DNA from: a virus
Lineage: Duplodnaviria > Caudoviricetes
Direction: 5' to 3' (one strand)
Length of the DNA stretch: 39,375 bases
IMG/VR virus record: IMGVR_UViG_3300032295_003639
Span: 1 to 39,375 of that record
Under the pieces are notes generated by a model. That model was not told where the DNA came from and ran no database searches. It saw only the letters and a list, made by a program, of their open reading frames with translations. A program made the position numbers and the translations under genes. Positions 1-10,329 of the stretch are shown piece after piece; within the stretch, counting starts at the first letter, position 1, and every line of letters starts with the position of its first letter.

Positions 1-1
1 A

Positions 2-163
2 TTAAATATCCCAAAACATAAAACATTTATTATGCCTGCTGGAGATAATCGAGAAGAATTAATTAAAATGTATCCAATTGTATTTGATATGTGTGCTGAA
101 AAAGGTTATAACATGACTGGACGAGATCATATTATTGCATTTGATACAAAAAGAGGAGTTTAA
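2..163 (+). CDS. queE: 3' end of 7-carboxy-7-deazaguanine synthase (QueE-like radical SAM), truncated by window edge
   Basis: Frame 2 reads LNIPKHKTFIMPAGDNREELIKMYPIVFDMCAEKGYNMTGRDHIIAFDTKRGV*, which resembles the QueE C-terminus (xMP.G ... R.H...RGV). TAA overlaps the next ATG, and folE is nearby. Not in the ORF track. Confidence 0.75.
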   Translation, partial: LNIPKHKTFIMPAGDNREELIKMYPIVFDMCAEKGYNMTGRDHIIAFDTKRGV

Positions 164-555
164 TGGACATTTTACGAACCCACCCAGTTAAAAAATTAGA
201 CTTAGGTTTTCACGGTAATCTATTCGGCGGCAAATTGCTTAGCTGGGTAGATGCCGCTGTAGCCGCTTATGCCATGGAACGTTGTCATAGTAAAAATATG
301 ATTACTGTTGCTTTGGATAAATGTGTGTTTGAAAAACCTGCTAAAGAAGGACAACTAGTAAAAATTTATGCTTGTATGTCTAAAATTGGAAATACATCTG
401 CTACTTTTGATGTAGAAGCAAGAAACTACAATGTATTTAGAGGTGATGAAGAAATTATTTTAAAAACAAGTATGACTTTTGTTCGTGTAGATGATGAAGG
501 AGTTCCAATCCCAATTTCAGAACAAGTAAAAAGAGAATACGCCGCTAAATCATAA
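163..555 (+). CDS. HotDog-fold acyl-CoA thioesterase (YciA-like)
   Basis: DLGFHGNLFGGKLLSWVDAA, then TVALD..F.KP...G and GNTS, and FVRVD..G.P.PI motifs. Confidence 0.85.
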   Translation: MDILRTHPVKKLDLGFHGNLFGGKLLSWVDAAVAAYAMERCHSKNMITVALDKCVFEKPAKEGQLVKIYACMSKIGNTSATFDVEARNYNVFRGDEEIILKTSMTFVRVDDEGVPIPISEQVKREYAAKS

Positions 556-557
556 TA

Positions 558-1232
558 ATGAATGTATTTGAAAACATATCACCGTACACATTTATAATAG
601 ATTATACCTCAGGATTAAAGGTATCTTGTTTTGATAATTATGATCCTGAAAATACATTTTCCATTAGAGTTTATATTAAAAAATTAAAAGTTGATAATAA
701 ACTTAAATGGACCTACTCAAGTGCTGGAGGGCATTATGTAGAATCTGAAACTATAAATAGTGAAGATTTTTTAATATTGTGGGGAGAACAAGTTGTAAAA
801 AGTAAATTTTTTTATTGGTATTCATATAAATCATTTGTTCCATATCATATAAAAATAACTGATAATAAAACTGAAGAAATAGTTTATGAAGAATCTTTTG
901 ATCCTCGTCATAAATTAATAAATTTTACTTTACATAGTGAGGATGAAAAAACAATCCATACTTGGATGTGTGTTTTAGAAAAATTTAAAAAAGAAAACGA
1001 ATGCCAGATTTCAATAACAAATAATTATCTTAAAGAAAATCAAAAATATGATTTTGTAGATTGTTATTGGAGTGTAGAAGAAAATTATCAAAGATTTTAT
1101 GCAGGGTATGACATAGGAAGATTTGGAACTAAAGATGCACCTAATTTATCTGTAAATCCTGATGGTATCCAAGGTAAAAATGATTTAGAAATTATTGAGG
1201 ATATTCTTTACCATTATAGTAAAAATTTATGA
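558..1232 (+). CDS. Hypothetical protein resembling the N-terminal half of AAH/TibC-type heptosyltransferases
   Basis: Segments FVPYHIKI..IVYEESFD..K, W..VLEKFKKENECQI, YAGYDIGRF and NP.....EIIEDIL recall the TibC-like N-domain (from memory). No C-terminal Rossmann domain. Confidence 0.4.
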   Translation: MNVFENISPYTFIIDYTSGLKVSCFDNYDPENTFSIRVYIKKLKVDNKLKWTYSSAGGHYVESETINSEDFLILWGEQVVKSKFFYWYSYKSFVPYHIKITDNKTEEIVYEESFDPRHKLINFTLHSEDEKTIHTWMCVLEKFKKENECQISITNNYLKENQKYDFVDCYWSVEENYQRFYAGYDIGRFGTKDAPNLSVNPDGIQGKNDLEIIEDILYHYSKNL

Positions 1233-1885
1233 ATAATGTATTAATGATAATGAATGCAAGAAACATTTCAGCATTCAAAGAATGTATTAATAAATTAAAT
1301 ATCTCTAAAGTATGGTTTAAAGGATATCGTGAATTTGAATTAAATACTGAAATAAATAAATTTATTCAAGAAACTAATTTTGATAATTATTTTATAGTAT
1401 CTGATGATTTAGTTATTAATAAAAATGATTTTGAATTTCTTGAAGAACAGTTAAAAATTTATCCTATTGTTACTGGATGGGGAGTATGGAGACAAAATAG
1501 TGATTGGACAACAATCCATTTACAAGATAAAATGCACTTATTCAATCAGGGAACACACCTTCCTGTATTTAAAGAACATTACAATATTGTTAAAACCCAT
1601 GAAATAGATTCTCTTCCTAATTATTTTGAAACAGCATTTACAGGTTGGTTTTATACAGGGATTAGAAGAGATATTTGGTTAAAGTATCCTTATCAAACAA
1701 TGGCTACATCTCCTGATATGTACGGAGCTTCAACTGATGCTCACTGGTCAAAACGCATTTTAAAAGATAATATTTATAAACAAATGTGTTTTAAACAAGC
1801 AAGAGTATTACATTTATCATATACTGGAAAAGATTATGATGATTTAAGTTTTGAAAATAAACAAATTATTAAAGAATTTATATGA
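1229..1885 (+). CDS. Putative GT-A fold glycosyltransferase
   Basis: YFIVSDDLV (DxD-like), FTGWFYTGIRRDIW, STDAHWS and a terminal VLHL are typical of the GT-A layout. ATGA-coupled. Confidence 0.55.
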   Translation: MNNVLMIMNARNISAFKECINKLNISKVWFKGYREFELNTEINKFIQETNFDNYFIVSDDLVINKNDFEFLEEQLKIYPIVTGWGVWRQNSDWTTIHLQDKMHLFNQGTHLPVFKEHYNIVKTHEIDSLPNYFETAFTGWFYTGIRRDIWLKYPYQTMATSPDMYGASTDAHWSKRILKDNIYKQMCFKQARVLHLSYTGKDYDDLSFENKQIIKEFI

Positions 1886-2160
1886 ATAAACAATTATTAA
1901 TCGAAAATTTAGAAAAAAAGAACAATCTTATTCTTTATTTTAACTCAGGAGGTTGTGGTCCTTGTACACAAGCAAAACCTCTTGTTACTAAAATTGCCGA
2001 ATCTAAAAAAGGCTATTTGTATTCTGATATTAAAGAAGGATCAGAAAATTCACAAGAATTAGAAAAATTTTGTGGCGTTGAATTTTATCCAACTTTAGTT
2101 ATTATTGAAGACAATCAAGTTAAAAGATATGTCGGTATAAATGAAATTAAAACTTTATAA
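1882..2160 (+). CDS. Thioredoxin
   Basis: CGPC active site, cis-Pro motif FYPTLVI, 92 aa. Confidence 0.85.
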   Translation: MNKQLLIENLEKKNNLILYFNSGGCGPCTQAKPLVTKIAESKKGYLYSDIKEGSENSQELEKFCGVEFYPTLVIIEDNQVKRYVGINEIKTL

Positions 2161-2669
2161 TGAATTCTCAAGTATTATTTACAGAACACGAACTTTCTAA
2201 TAAAGTAGGTGAAATCGCCTATAAAATTAGTAGAAAAGAACACGATTTTCCTCCTGTGTTTATATGCGTTTTAAACGGTGCTTTTATGTTTTTTACGGAC
2301 TTGGTGAAACGTATTGATGAATGTGAAATAGACTTTATAAGCGCCAAATCATACGTAGGTATGACCCAAACCAATGTAACAATTGCTAAATCCATTAATG
2401 TAGATATTGCTAGAAAAGATGTATATCTCATAGATGATATTTATGATACTGGGGAAACAATGAAAGCATTAATCCAACATTTAAATCTTAATCATCCAAA
2501 ATCAATTACACCTGTTACTCTATTTAAACGTTGGAGTAGTCACAACCCAGATTTGATCTATGGTTTTGAATTACAAGATGAAAGTTGGTTAGTAGGTTAT
2601 GGATTAGATGATGAAAACGGACTTCGAAGAAATCTTAAACATATTGTTGGATTACTGAAAGAAGATTAG
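2160..2669 (+). CDS. hpt: Hypoxanthine/guanine phosphoribosyltransferase
   Basis: VLNGAFMFFTDL, SY loop, PRPP loop LIDDIYDTGETM, and VGYGLD. Confidence 0.9.
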   Translation: MNSQVLFTEHELSNKVGEIAYKISRKEHDFPPVFICVLNGAFMFFTDLVKRIDECEIDFISAKSYVGMTQTNVTIAKSINVDIARKDVYLIDDIYDTGETMKALIQHLNLNHPKSITPVTLFKRWSSHNPDLIYGFELQDESWLVGYGLDDENGLRRNLKHIVGLLKED

Positions 2670-2678
2670 TATATTATA
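2647..2678 (+). promoter_or_regulatory. Class-I phage promoter variant (TTGG-N17-AGTATATTATA)
   Basis: Same 17-nt spacing as nine other copies in the window; lies just upstream of ORF 2693. Confidence 0.55.
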
Positions 2679-2692
2679 TAAAAATAAAAGTC

Positions 2693-3121
2693 ATGAATAT
2701 ATCTCAAGCATTAAAGCAAAAAAACAAATTAGTTGTTGAACTAAAAAAGCAATACCAAATTGCACAAAAATTTAATTCCCAAGAAGAAGGGAATGTTAGA
2801 CGTTATTCAGTGCAAGCAGCATTGGATAAAGCAGTTGAATTAACTTTAGAATTAACTGCTCTAAAAACCAAAATTCACCTAGCAAATGCTCCGGTATACG
2901 ATAAGATTTTTCGTATGGCTGAGTTAAAAAACCGTATTAAGGAATTGAAAAAAATCCCAACGGAAGAAGGAAAAACAGAAGCTAGATTTAGTTCAGTAGC
3001 ATCTGTAAAAGAAGTAGAGATTAACATCGCTCAAATTGATGAAATGGTTCAAACATTAGAGGCAAGAATTGAAGAAATTCAAGCTGAGTTGGACATTCAT
3101 AACGCAACAACACAAATTTAA
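2693..3121 (+). CDS. DIP1984-like long coiled-coil/helical-hairpin protein
   Basis: MNISQAL start, N..QEEG, LKTKIHLAN and IEEIQAELDIHNATTQI end match the DIP1984 ('septicolysin'-labelled) family pattern as I recall it; heptad-rich. Confidence 0.65.
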   Translation: MNISQALKQKNKLVVELKKQYQIAQKFNSQEEGNVRRYSVQAALDKAVELTLELTALKTKIHLANAPVYDKIFRMAELKNRIKELKKIPTEEGKTEARFSSVASVKEVEINIAQIDEMVQTLEARIEEIQAELDIHNATTQI

Positions 3122-3325
3122 GGTGAGTAGGGAGTGATGATGAGTTAATTTTTGATGTCCTTACAATTCTACTATGAGCCAAATAGCGGATAAGTGATAA
3201 TGATAAGGTACGCCAACCTCAAAATTCAAAAACTCAAAACATCAATCTTCGCGCACTTTCAATAAATTTAAACCTCTTTGAACCCGGACTAAATTATTGA
3301 TTCTGATTCGCTCCCCTCATTTTAA
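3118..3325 (+). ncRNA. Candidate structured RNA: long closing stem enclosing small hairpins and UCAA(AA) repeats
   Basis: Pairings 3118-3127/3316-3325, 3130-3137/3308-3315, 3142-3149/3296-3303 and 3157-3160/3286-3289, with a symmetric UGAU/UGAU internal loop. Five G-U pairs work only on the + strand. I found no + strand ATG ORF longer than 21 aa. Confidence 0.6.
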
Positions 3326-3326
3326 C

Positions 3327-3358
3327 TTGGATATTTTAAAGATTATCCATACATTCAA
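3327..3358 (+). promoter_or_regulatory. Class-I promoter variant (TTGG-N17-CATACATTCAA) for folE
   Basis: Matches the repeated motif and spacing; begins right after the RNA stem. Confidence 0.55.
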
Positions 3359-3378
3359 ACATAAAATAAATTAGTTAT

Positions 3379-4074
3379 ATGGAAAACAAAAGACGAAAAA
3401 ACCACACTGATCTAGAGTGTGTTAAAACAGGTTTCGCTAATGGAGTTGCGCCTGGGTTCCCACTTACCGAAGAACAAAAATGGGACATGGTTGATAAAGC
3501 TGAAAAAGCATATGGAGAATTCTTAACAGCATTAGGTTGTGATTGGGAGAATGATCCGAATTCAATGGAAACACCTCGCCGTGTAGCTAAAGCATATGTT
3601 TTTGACTTGTGGGCAGGTCGATACAATGCAATGTCTGATATTACTTCATTCCCCTCAGATGGTTATGATGGTATTGTAATTGAAAGAAATATCCCAATTA
3701 ATTCAATGTGTTCACATCACCACCAAACAATTGGAGGTGTAGTTCATATCGGTTATGTAGTAGGTAAAGATGGTCAAGTAATTGGATTGTCGAAATTAAA
3801 CCGAATTGTAGAATTATTTGGTCGTAGAGGAGCAATTCAAGAACAATTAACTTCTGCCATTCATAATGCTGTAGATAAAATTTGTGAAAATAACAAAGGT
3901 GTAATTGTAACTGTAGTTGCAACTCACAATTGTGTTTCATGTCGTGGTATTAAACACCAAGGAGCATCAATGGTTACAACCAAAGCATCAGGTGTGTTTA
4001 TGGATAATGATAATCAAGCACGTAAAGAATTCTTTGATTCATTGAAAATTAATAACGGAGGACACCAGATATGA
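3379..4074 (+). CDS. folE: GTP cyclohydrolase I
   Basis: ETPRRVAK, SMCSHH, IGLSKLNRIV, IQEQLT, HNCVSCRG. Confidence 0.95.
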   Translation: MENKRRKNHTDLECVKTGFANGVAPGFPLTEEQKWDMVDKAEKAYGEFLTALGCDWENDPNSMETPRRVAKAYVFDLWAGRYNAMSDITSFPSDGYDGIVIERNIPINSMCSHHHQTIGGVVHIGYVVGKDGQVIGLSKLNRIVELFGRRGAIQEQLTSAIHNAVDKICENNKGVIVTVVATHNCVSCRGIKHQGASMVTTKASGVFMDNDNQARKEFFDSLKINNGGHQI

Positions 4075-4685
4075 GCCCACTAGAACAAAAACAAGACGAA
4101 CTTATCCAGTTACTCCAAGGACAAGTTGCTGATTTATCGTTAATGTCCAAAATTGAACTTGGAGATGACGTGATTGAGAAATGGAGACAGTTAACTCAAG
4201 AAATTATCCAACTAAAAGATTATGTACCATTTGTAAGTGAAGTAGAGACATTTAATGCCACTATGGGTAAACCTAACAATTATGAACCGATTATTCCAGA
4301 AGAAAAAGAATGGATGTTTGTTTACAATTTCATCCTTGAGGAACTTGAAGAGTACAAACACGCTTGTGAAACAGGAGACATTGTTGAGGTTCTTGATGCT
4401 CTATGTGACATTGCCTACGTCTCGCTTGGTAACGGAACTATGCTTCATGGTCTTAAGAATCAGTTATGGCCCGCATATCAAGAAGTTCAAGCATCGAATA
4501 TGTCTAAAGCTTGCATTAGTGAAGAAGAGGCACAAGAAACCGTTAGAGTTCGTTCCGCAGAACAAAAGGAACCGTGTCACTTCGAAAAGGTTGGAGATTA
4601 TTATATTGTCTATCGAACACGCGATAGAAAAGTAATGAAAAATATTAATTATTTTAGACCTGATCTAAAACAATTCCTAGCATAA
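4071..4685 (+). CDS. MazG-like (DR2231/PRA-PH type) NTP pyrophosphohydrolase with ~50-aa N-terminal extension
   Basis: EELEEY...VEVLDALCDIAYV...EVQASNMSK...KVMK...Y.RPDL. Confidence 0.8.
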   Translation: MSPLEQKQDELIQLLQGQVADLSLMSKIELGDDVIEKWRQLTQEIIQLKDYVPFVSEVETFNATMGKPNNYEPIIPEEKEWMFVYNFILEELEEYKHACETGDIVEVLDALCDIAYVSLGNGTMLHGLKNQLWPAYQEVQASNMSKACISEEEAQETVRVRSAEQKEPCHFEKVGDYYIVYRTRDRKVMKNINYFRPDLKQFLA

Positions 4686-7291
4686 TGTATCAATCCGTCT
4701 ACTACGATAGAGACGAGTATCAATACTATTTAAGAGACGACAAAAAAGGTTGGAAGGTGTTTAAATACACCCCAACCTATTATGTCGCTCATCCTGAAGG
4801 TGAGATGGAAACTCTTGATGGTACTTTAGTTATGCCTGTCAAAAAGATGGATGACTGGAGAGATCCTAAATATTTTGAAAAGGATGTTGATAAAGATACT
4901 CGTTTACTAGTTGATTTTTATTACGAATCCGATGAAACACCTTCATACCATAATCTAGTTTATCTAGATATTGAGTGTGAAATTGCTGGTGCTCTTACTC
5001 CTGAGAATATTAAAGATCCTAAAGGTAAAATTACATCTGTTGCTCTTTATGATAACAATAGTAAAAAATACTACTGTTTGATTTTAGATGAAAAACAATT
5101 GATGGATGAAGCTAAGTCTGAGAGTAAAGAAGTTATTCCCTACAAATCAGAACGTGAATTACTTGATGGATTTCTTGAAATTTGGGAAAAATTAGACCCA
5201 ACAATTATTTCAGGATGGAACAGTGAATTTTTCGATATTCCTTACTTGTATTACCGTATTAATAAAGTCTTAGGACAAGATATGGGTAATTATTTATCTC
5301 CAATTCAAAAGGTAAAAACCAAAATTGTTCAAACTAAAAACGGTTTAGCAGAGCATGTAATTGTAGCTGGTCTTAATCACTTAGATTACATGAACTTGTT
5401 TAAAAAATTTATTACTAAACAAGAACCAAGTTATGCATTAGGAACAATTGGAGAAAAATATGTTAAATTAGGAAAAATCGAATACCAGGGATCTTTAGAT
5501 AAATTGTTTAGAGAGGATGTAGATAAGTTTATTGAATATAACATTCGAGACGTTGAAATCATTGTTGAGTTAGAAAAAGCACTTAAGTTTATTGAATTAA
5601 CAGTTACAATTGCTCACTTGTGTCATACAACTTATGAGCAAATTTACTATTCAACAGTATTAAATGATGGAGCTATCTTAACATACTTAAAACGTAAAGG
5701 TATAGTTTCACCTAATAAACCAACAACATATAATCCTGGATTAAAGGAAATCAAGGAAGAATATGCTGGAGGTTATTTGAAAGATCCTGTACCTGGTTTG
5801 TATGAATGGGTTATTGACCTCGATTTTACTTCGTTGTATCCATCGATTATTCGATCGCTCAATATGGGTATTGAAACATTAGTGGGACGCGTTGTAAACA
5901 CAGGTAAATTCGATAATCAATGGTCATTGAGGGAACTTAAGAAAATGGACCCTAATAAAATGGTTGAAATTGAGAAAGTTAAAAAAGATAGAAGATTAGT
6001 TAGATCGGAAATCAAAGTAAAACACTTAATTGGACTAATTGAAGAAGGAGATCTACTAATTTCAGCCCCAGGTGTAATATTCCGTAAAGATAAATCTAGT
6101 GTTGTTTGTGAAATCTTAGCTGACTGGTTTGCTAAACGTCAAGAGTATAAATCATTGATGAAAAAAGCATATAAGGTTGATAAAGATCCTGTTATGGGAG
6201 AATTTTACAATAAACGTCAACATGCTTATAAAATTAAATTAAATGACGTTTATGGTGTATTTGCAATTAATGGTTGGAGATACACTGATGGTCATAAATT
6301 TATTAGTAAAGCTATTACTTTAACAGGTCAACGATTAACTCAAGAATCCATTAAATTTGTAAATGAGTGGATGAACACTGAATTAGGTACTAAAGATAAA
6401 GATTACATTGTTACCTCAGATACCGATTCACTATTTATTCAAACTAAAGAACTAATTCTACAACGTAATCCTGAATTAGCAAACGGTACACAAGAAGAAA
6501 TTGTGCAAGCAGTACTTAAAGTTGCAACTGAAATTCAAAAACTAGCAAATGATAATTTACATACTTTAGTACAAGAATTATTTAATGTTAAGTATCCTGA
6601 TGAACCTCACTATTTTGAATTAAAGCAAGAGGTTGTACTTGATAGAGGTTATTTTGCAGGTAAACGTAGATATGCGATGCATATTGTAAATAAAGAGGGT
6701 GTACCAACAGACGAACTAGATATGAAGGGTCTAGATTTGATGAAATCAAATTTCCCTCCATTATTTAGAAAATTTGGAGAACATATTCTAAATGAAATTA
6801 TGTTTGGTACTAAAAAATCAAGTATTGATGCTCAAGTACTTGAGTTTAGAGAATCACTTAGAACAGTTGGTTGGGAGCAAATCCTAAAACCTACAGGACT
6901 AAAGAAAATGCAAGAATATATAGCATCAGGTCCAACAGCAGGTGAAATATTTTCTAAACTTGGTTTGAAATGTCCTATCAATACTAAAGCTGCTATTTAC
7001 TATAATGATTTGTTACGTTTTAAAGGTTTAGATAAAAAGCATCCAACATTTCAAATAGGAGATAAAATGTATATTGGATATCTGAAGGAAAATCCGTATC
7101 GTATTGACGTGATTGGATTTAATGGACATAGTGATCCTCCTGAAATTATGGAATTTATTGAAAAATACATTGACAGAGACGGATTATTTGATTCAGTAAT
7201 GAAAAATAAACTAGAAAGCATATACAGTGATTTAGGTTGGGGTATGCCTGTATTTAATAAAAAAATAAACAAATTCTTTATATTTGACTAA
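4685..7291 (+). CDS. Family B DNA polymerase (T4 gp43-like) with 3'-5' exonuclease
   Basis: ExoI DIECE, ExoII GWNSEFFDIPY, ExoIII YNIRD; pol motifs DFTSLYPSII, K...NDVYG, SDTDS, KRRY. Confidence 0.97.
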   Translation: MYQSVYYDRDEYQYYLRDDKKGWKVFKYTPTYYVAHPEGEMETLDGTLVMPVKKMDDWRDPKYFEKDVDKDTRLLVDFYYESDETPSYHNLVYLDIECEIAGALTPENIKDPKGKITSVALYDNNSKKYYCLILDEKQLMDEAKSESKEVIPYKSERELLDGFLEIWEKLDPTIISGWNSEFFDIPYLYYRINKVLGQDMGNYLSPIQKVKTKIVQTKNGLAEHVIVAGLNHLDYMNLFKKFITKQEPSYALGTIGEKYVKLGKIEYQGSLDKLFREDVDKFIEYNIRDVEIIVELEKALKFIELTVTIAHLCHTTYEQIYYSTVLNDGAILTYLKRKGIVSPNKPTTYNPGLKEIKEEYAGGYLKDPVPGLYEWVIDLDFTSLYPSIIRSLNMGIETLVGRVVNTGKFDNQWSLRELKKMDPNKMVEIEKVKKDRRLVRSEIKVKHLIGLIEEGDLLISAPGVIFRKDKSSVVCEILADWFAKRQEYKSLMKKAYKVDKDPVMGEFYNKRQHAYKIKLNDVYGVFAINGWRYTDGHKFISKAITLTGQRLTQESIKFVNEWMNTELGTKDKDYIVTSDTDSLFIQTKELILQRNPELANGTQEEIVQAVLKVATEIQKLANDNLHTLVQELFNVKYPDEPHYFELKQEVVLDRGYFAGKRRYAMHIVNKEGVPTDELDMKGLDLMKSNFPPLFRKFGEHILNEIMFGTKKSSIDAQVLEFRESLRTVGWEQILKPTGLKKMQEYIASGPTAGEIFSKLGLKCPINTKAAIYYNDLLRFKGLDKKHPTFQIGDKMYIGYLKENPYRIDVIGFNGHSDPPEIMEFIEKYIDRDGLFDSVMKNKLESIYSDLGWGMPVFNKKINKFFIFD

Positions 7292-7294
7292 GTT

Positions 7295-8035
7295 ATGATA
7301 AACAAATTAGATTTAACATCAGTTATATCCAAATATCATTTGAACGGAATGATTGAACCGGTTAAATGGGATATTAAAGATGAAACATTAACAATCAAAT
7401 TCAATGCTCCTTCAAAGGATATGATTGGTAGAGTTGAATTTAAAGGTATGCCTCTTGAAGATTCAACAATAGCAATTAGTAATACATCTCAATTAAATAA
7501 ATTAATTGGTATTACAAATGGTTATTTAGAATTGAGTTATACAAAAATAAATAAATTCATTACTAAACTAATTATTGCTGATAATCAATTTACATTGAAT
7601 TATGCCTTAGCTGATACAATGATTATTCCTAAAGCAGGTGAATTAGGTGATGCTGGAGAATGGAATATTGAAGCACCTCTTGATAATGAAAGTATTAATG
7701 CTATTGTTAGAGCAAAATCCGCATTAGCTGAAAGTGAAACAGTAGTTATTAAACCACATGAAAATGCTGATGGTGAGTTTCAAATTGAAATGCAATTTGG
7801 AGGTAATGTAGAACATGCTAATAAAGTATCATTCTATATCCCCCAAGCAGAATCAAACAACATCCCAGATAACTTTAAAGAACATTACAACTCAAGTATG
7901 ATTAAAGAAATCATGTATTGTAATAAAGATATGGCTAATGGACACATTAGTATCAATTTAGATGGTATTATGAAATTAGAATTTGAAAACGAGAATTTAA
8001 AAAGTACTTATTATCTCGTATCAAAAGAAATCTAG
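7295..8035 (+). CDS. Sliding clamp (gp45/PCNA-like)
   Basis: 246 aa, beta-rich, directly after PolB, C-terminal G.MKLEF....STYYLV; clamp loaders nearby. Confidence 0.7.
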   Translation: MINKLDLTSVISKYHLNGMIEPVKWDIKDETLTIKFNAPSKDMIGRVEFKGMPLEDSTIAISNTSQLNKLIGITNGYLELSYTKINKFITKLIIADNQFTLNYALADTMIIPKAGELGDAGEWNIEAPLDNESINAIVRAKSALAESETVVIKPHENADGEFQIEMQFGGNVEHANKVSFYIPQAESNNIPDNFKEHYNSSMIKEIMYCNKDMANGHISINLDGIMKLEFENENLKSTYYLVSKEI

Positions 8036-8049
8036 TAATATATTTATAT
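8036..8049 (+). promoter_or_regulatory. Class-II motif TAATATATTTATAT (putative late promoter)
   Basis: Identical 14-mer at 14647-14660; related TAATATTTATTAACA at 35591 and 37667; all intergenic. Confidence 0.45.
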
Positions 8050-8064
8050 CCATCACCATCAAGG

Positions 8065-8096
8065 TTGTTATATTAAAGAATATTTCGTATATTCAC
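8065..8096 (+). promoter_or_regulatory. Class-I promoter (TTGT-N17-CGTATATTCAC)
   Basis: Matches the repeated consensus and spacing. Confidence 0.65.
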
Positions 8097-8113
8097 GTTA
8101 TAAAATAAAAAAT

Positions 8114-8409
8114 ATGAGTTATACAATTATCAAAGACCCGGTTCTTGAACCATTTTTCCTTTCCAAAGATCAATACTGTTACACAGTATATGAAAATGTA
8201 ACTCCCGATCCTGCTAACCTAGAAAAAGGTAGCAAAGGGAAAGATTATCAAAAAGCTCTCGGATATTACACAAAACTTTCTCACGCTTTGAATGCCATTG
8301 CCAAAGCAAAACTTGATCACAAGACTGAATACAACAGTATTAAATCTTATATCAAGGAGTGGGAAATCAACAAACAAGCAATGGAAGATCTATTAGAATC
8401 ATTAGGACT

Positions 8410-8413
<4 letters not shown>
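8114..8413 (+). CDS. Hypothetical phage protein
   Basis: 99-aa ORF after the promoter, ATGA-coupled to groES. Confidence 0.75.
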
Positions 8414-10318
<1,905 letters not shown>

Positions 10319-10329
10319 ATTTAAATAAT

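Noticed and set aside
3200-3265. 21-codon ORF MIRYANLKIQKLKTSIFAHFQ inside the structured region
   Set aside because: Very short, lacks the A-rich AAGTTATG context and is buried in the predicted fold. It cannot be fully excluded without ribosome profiling.
3118-3325. tRNA, riboswitch (preQ1), SECIS or simple terminator as the identity of the structured element
   Set aside because: I saw no cloverleaf/T-loop or preQ1 consensus. folE has its own promoter downstream, so this is not its leader. The upstream ORF has no in-frame UGA. The element is far larger than a terminator.
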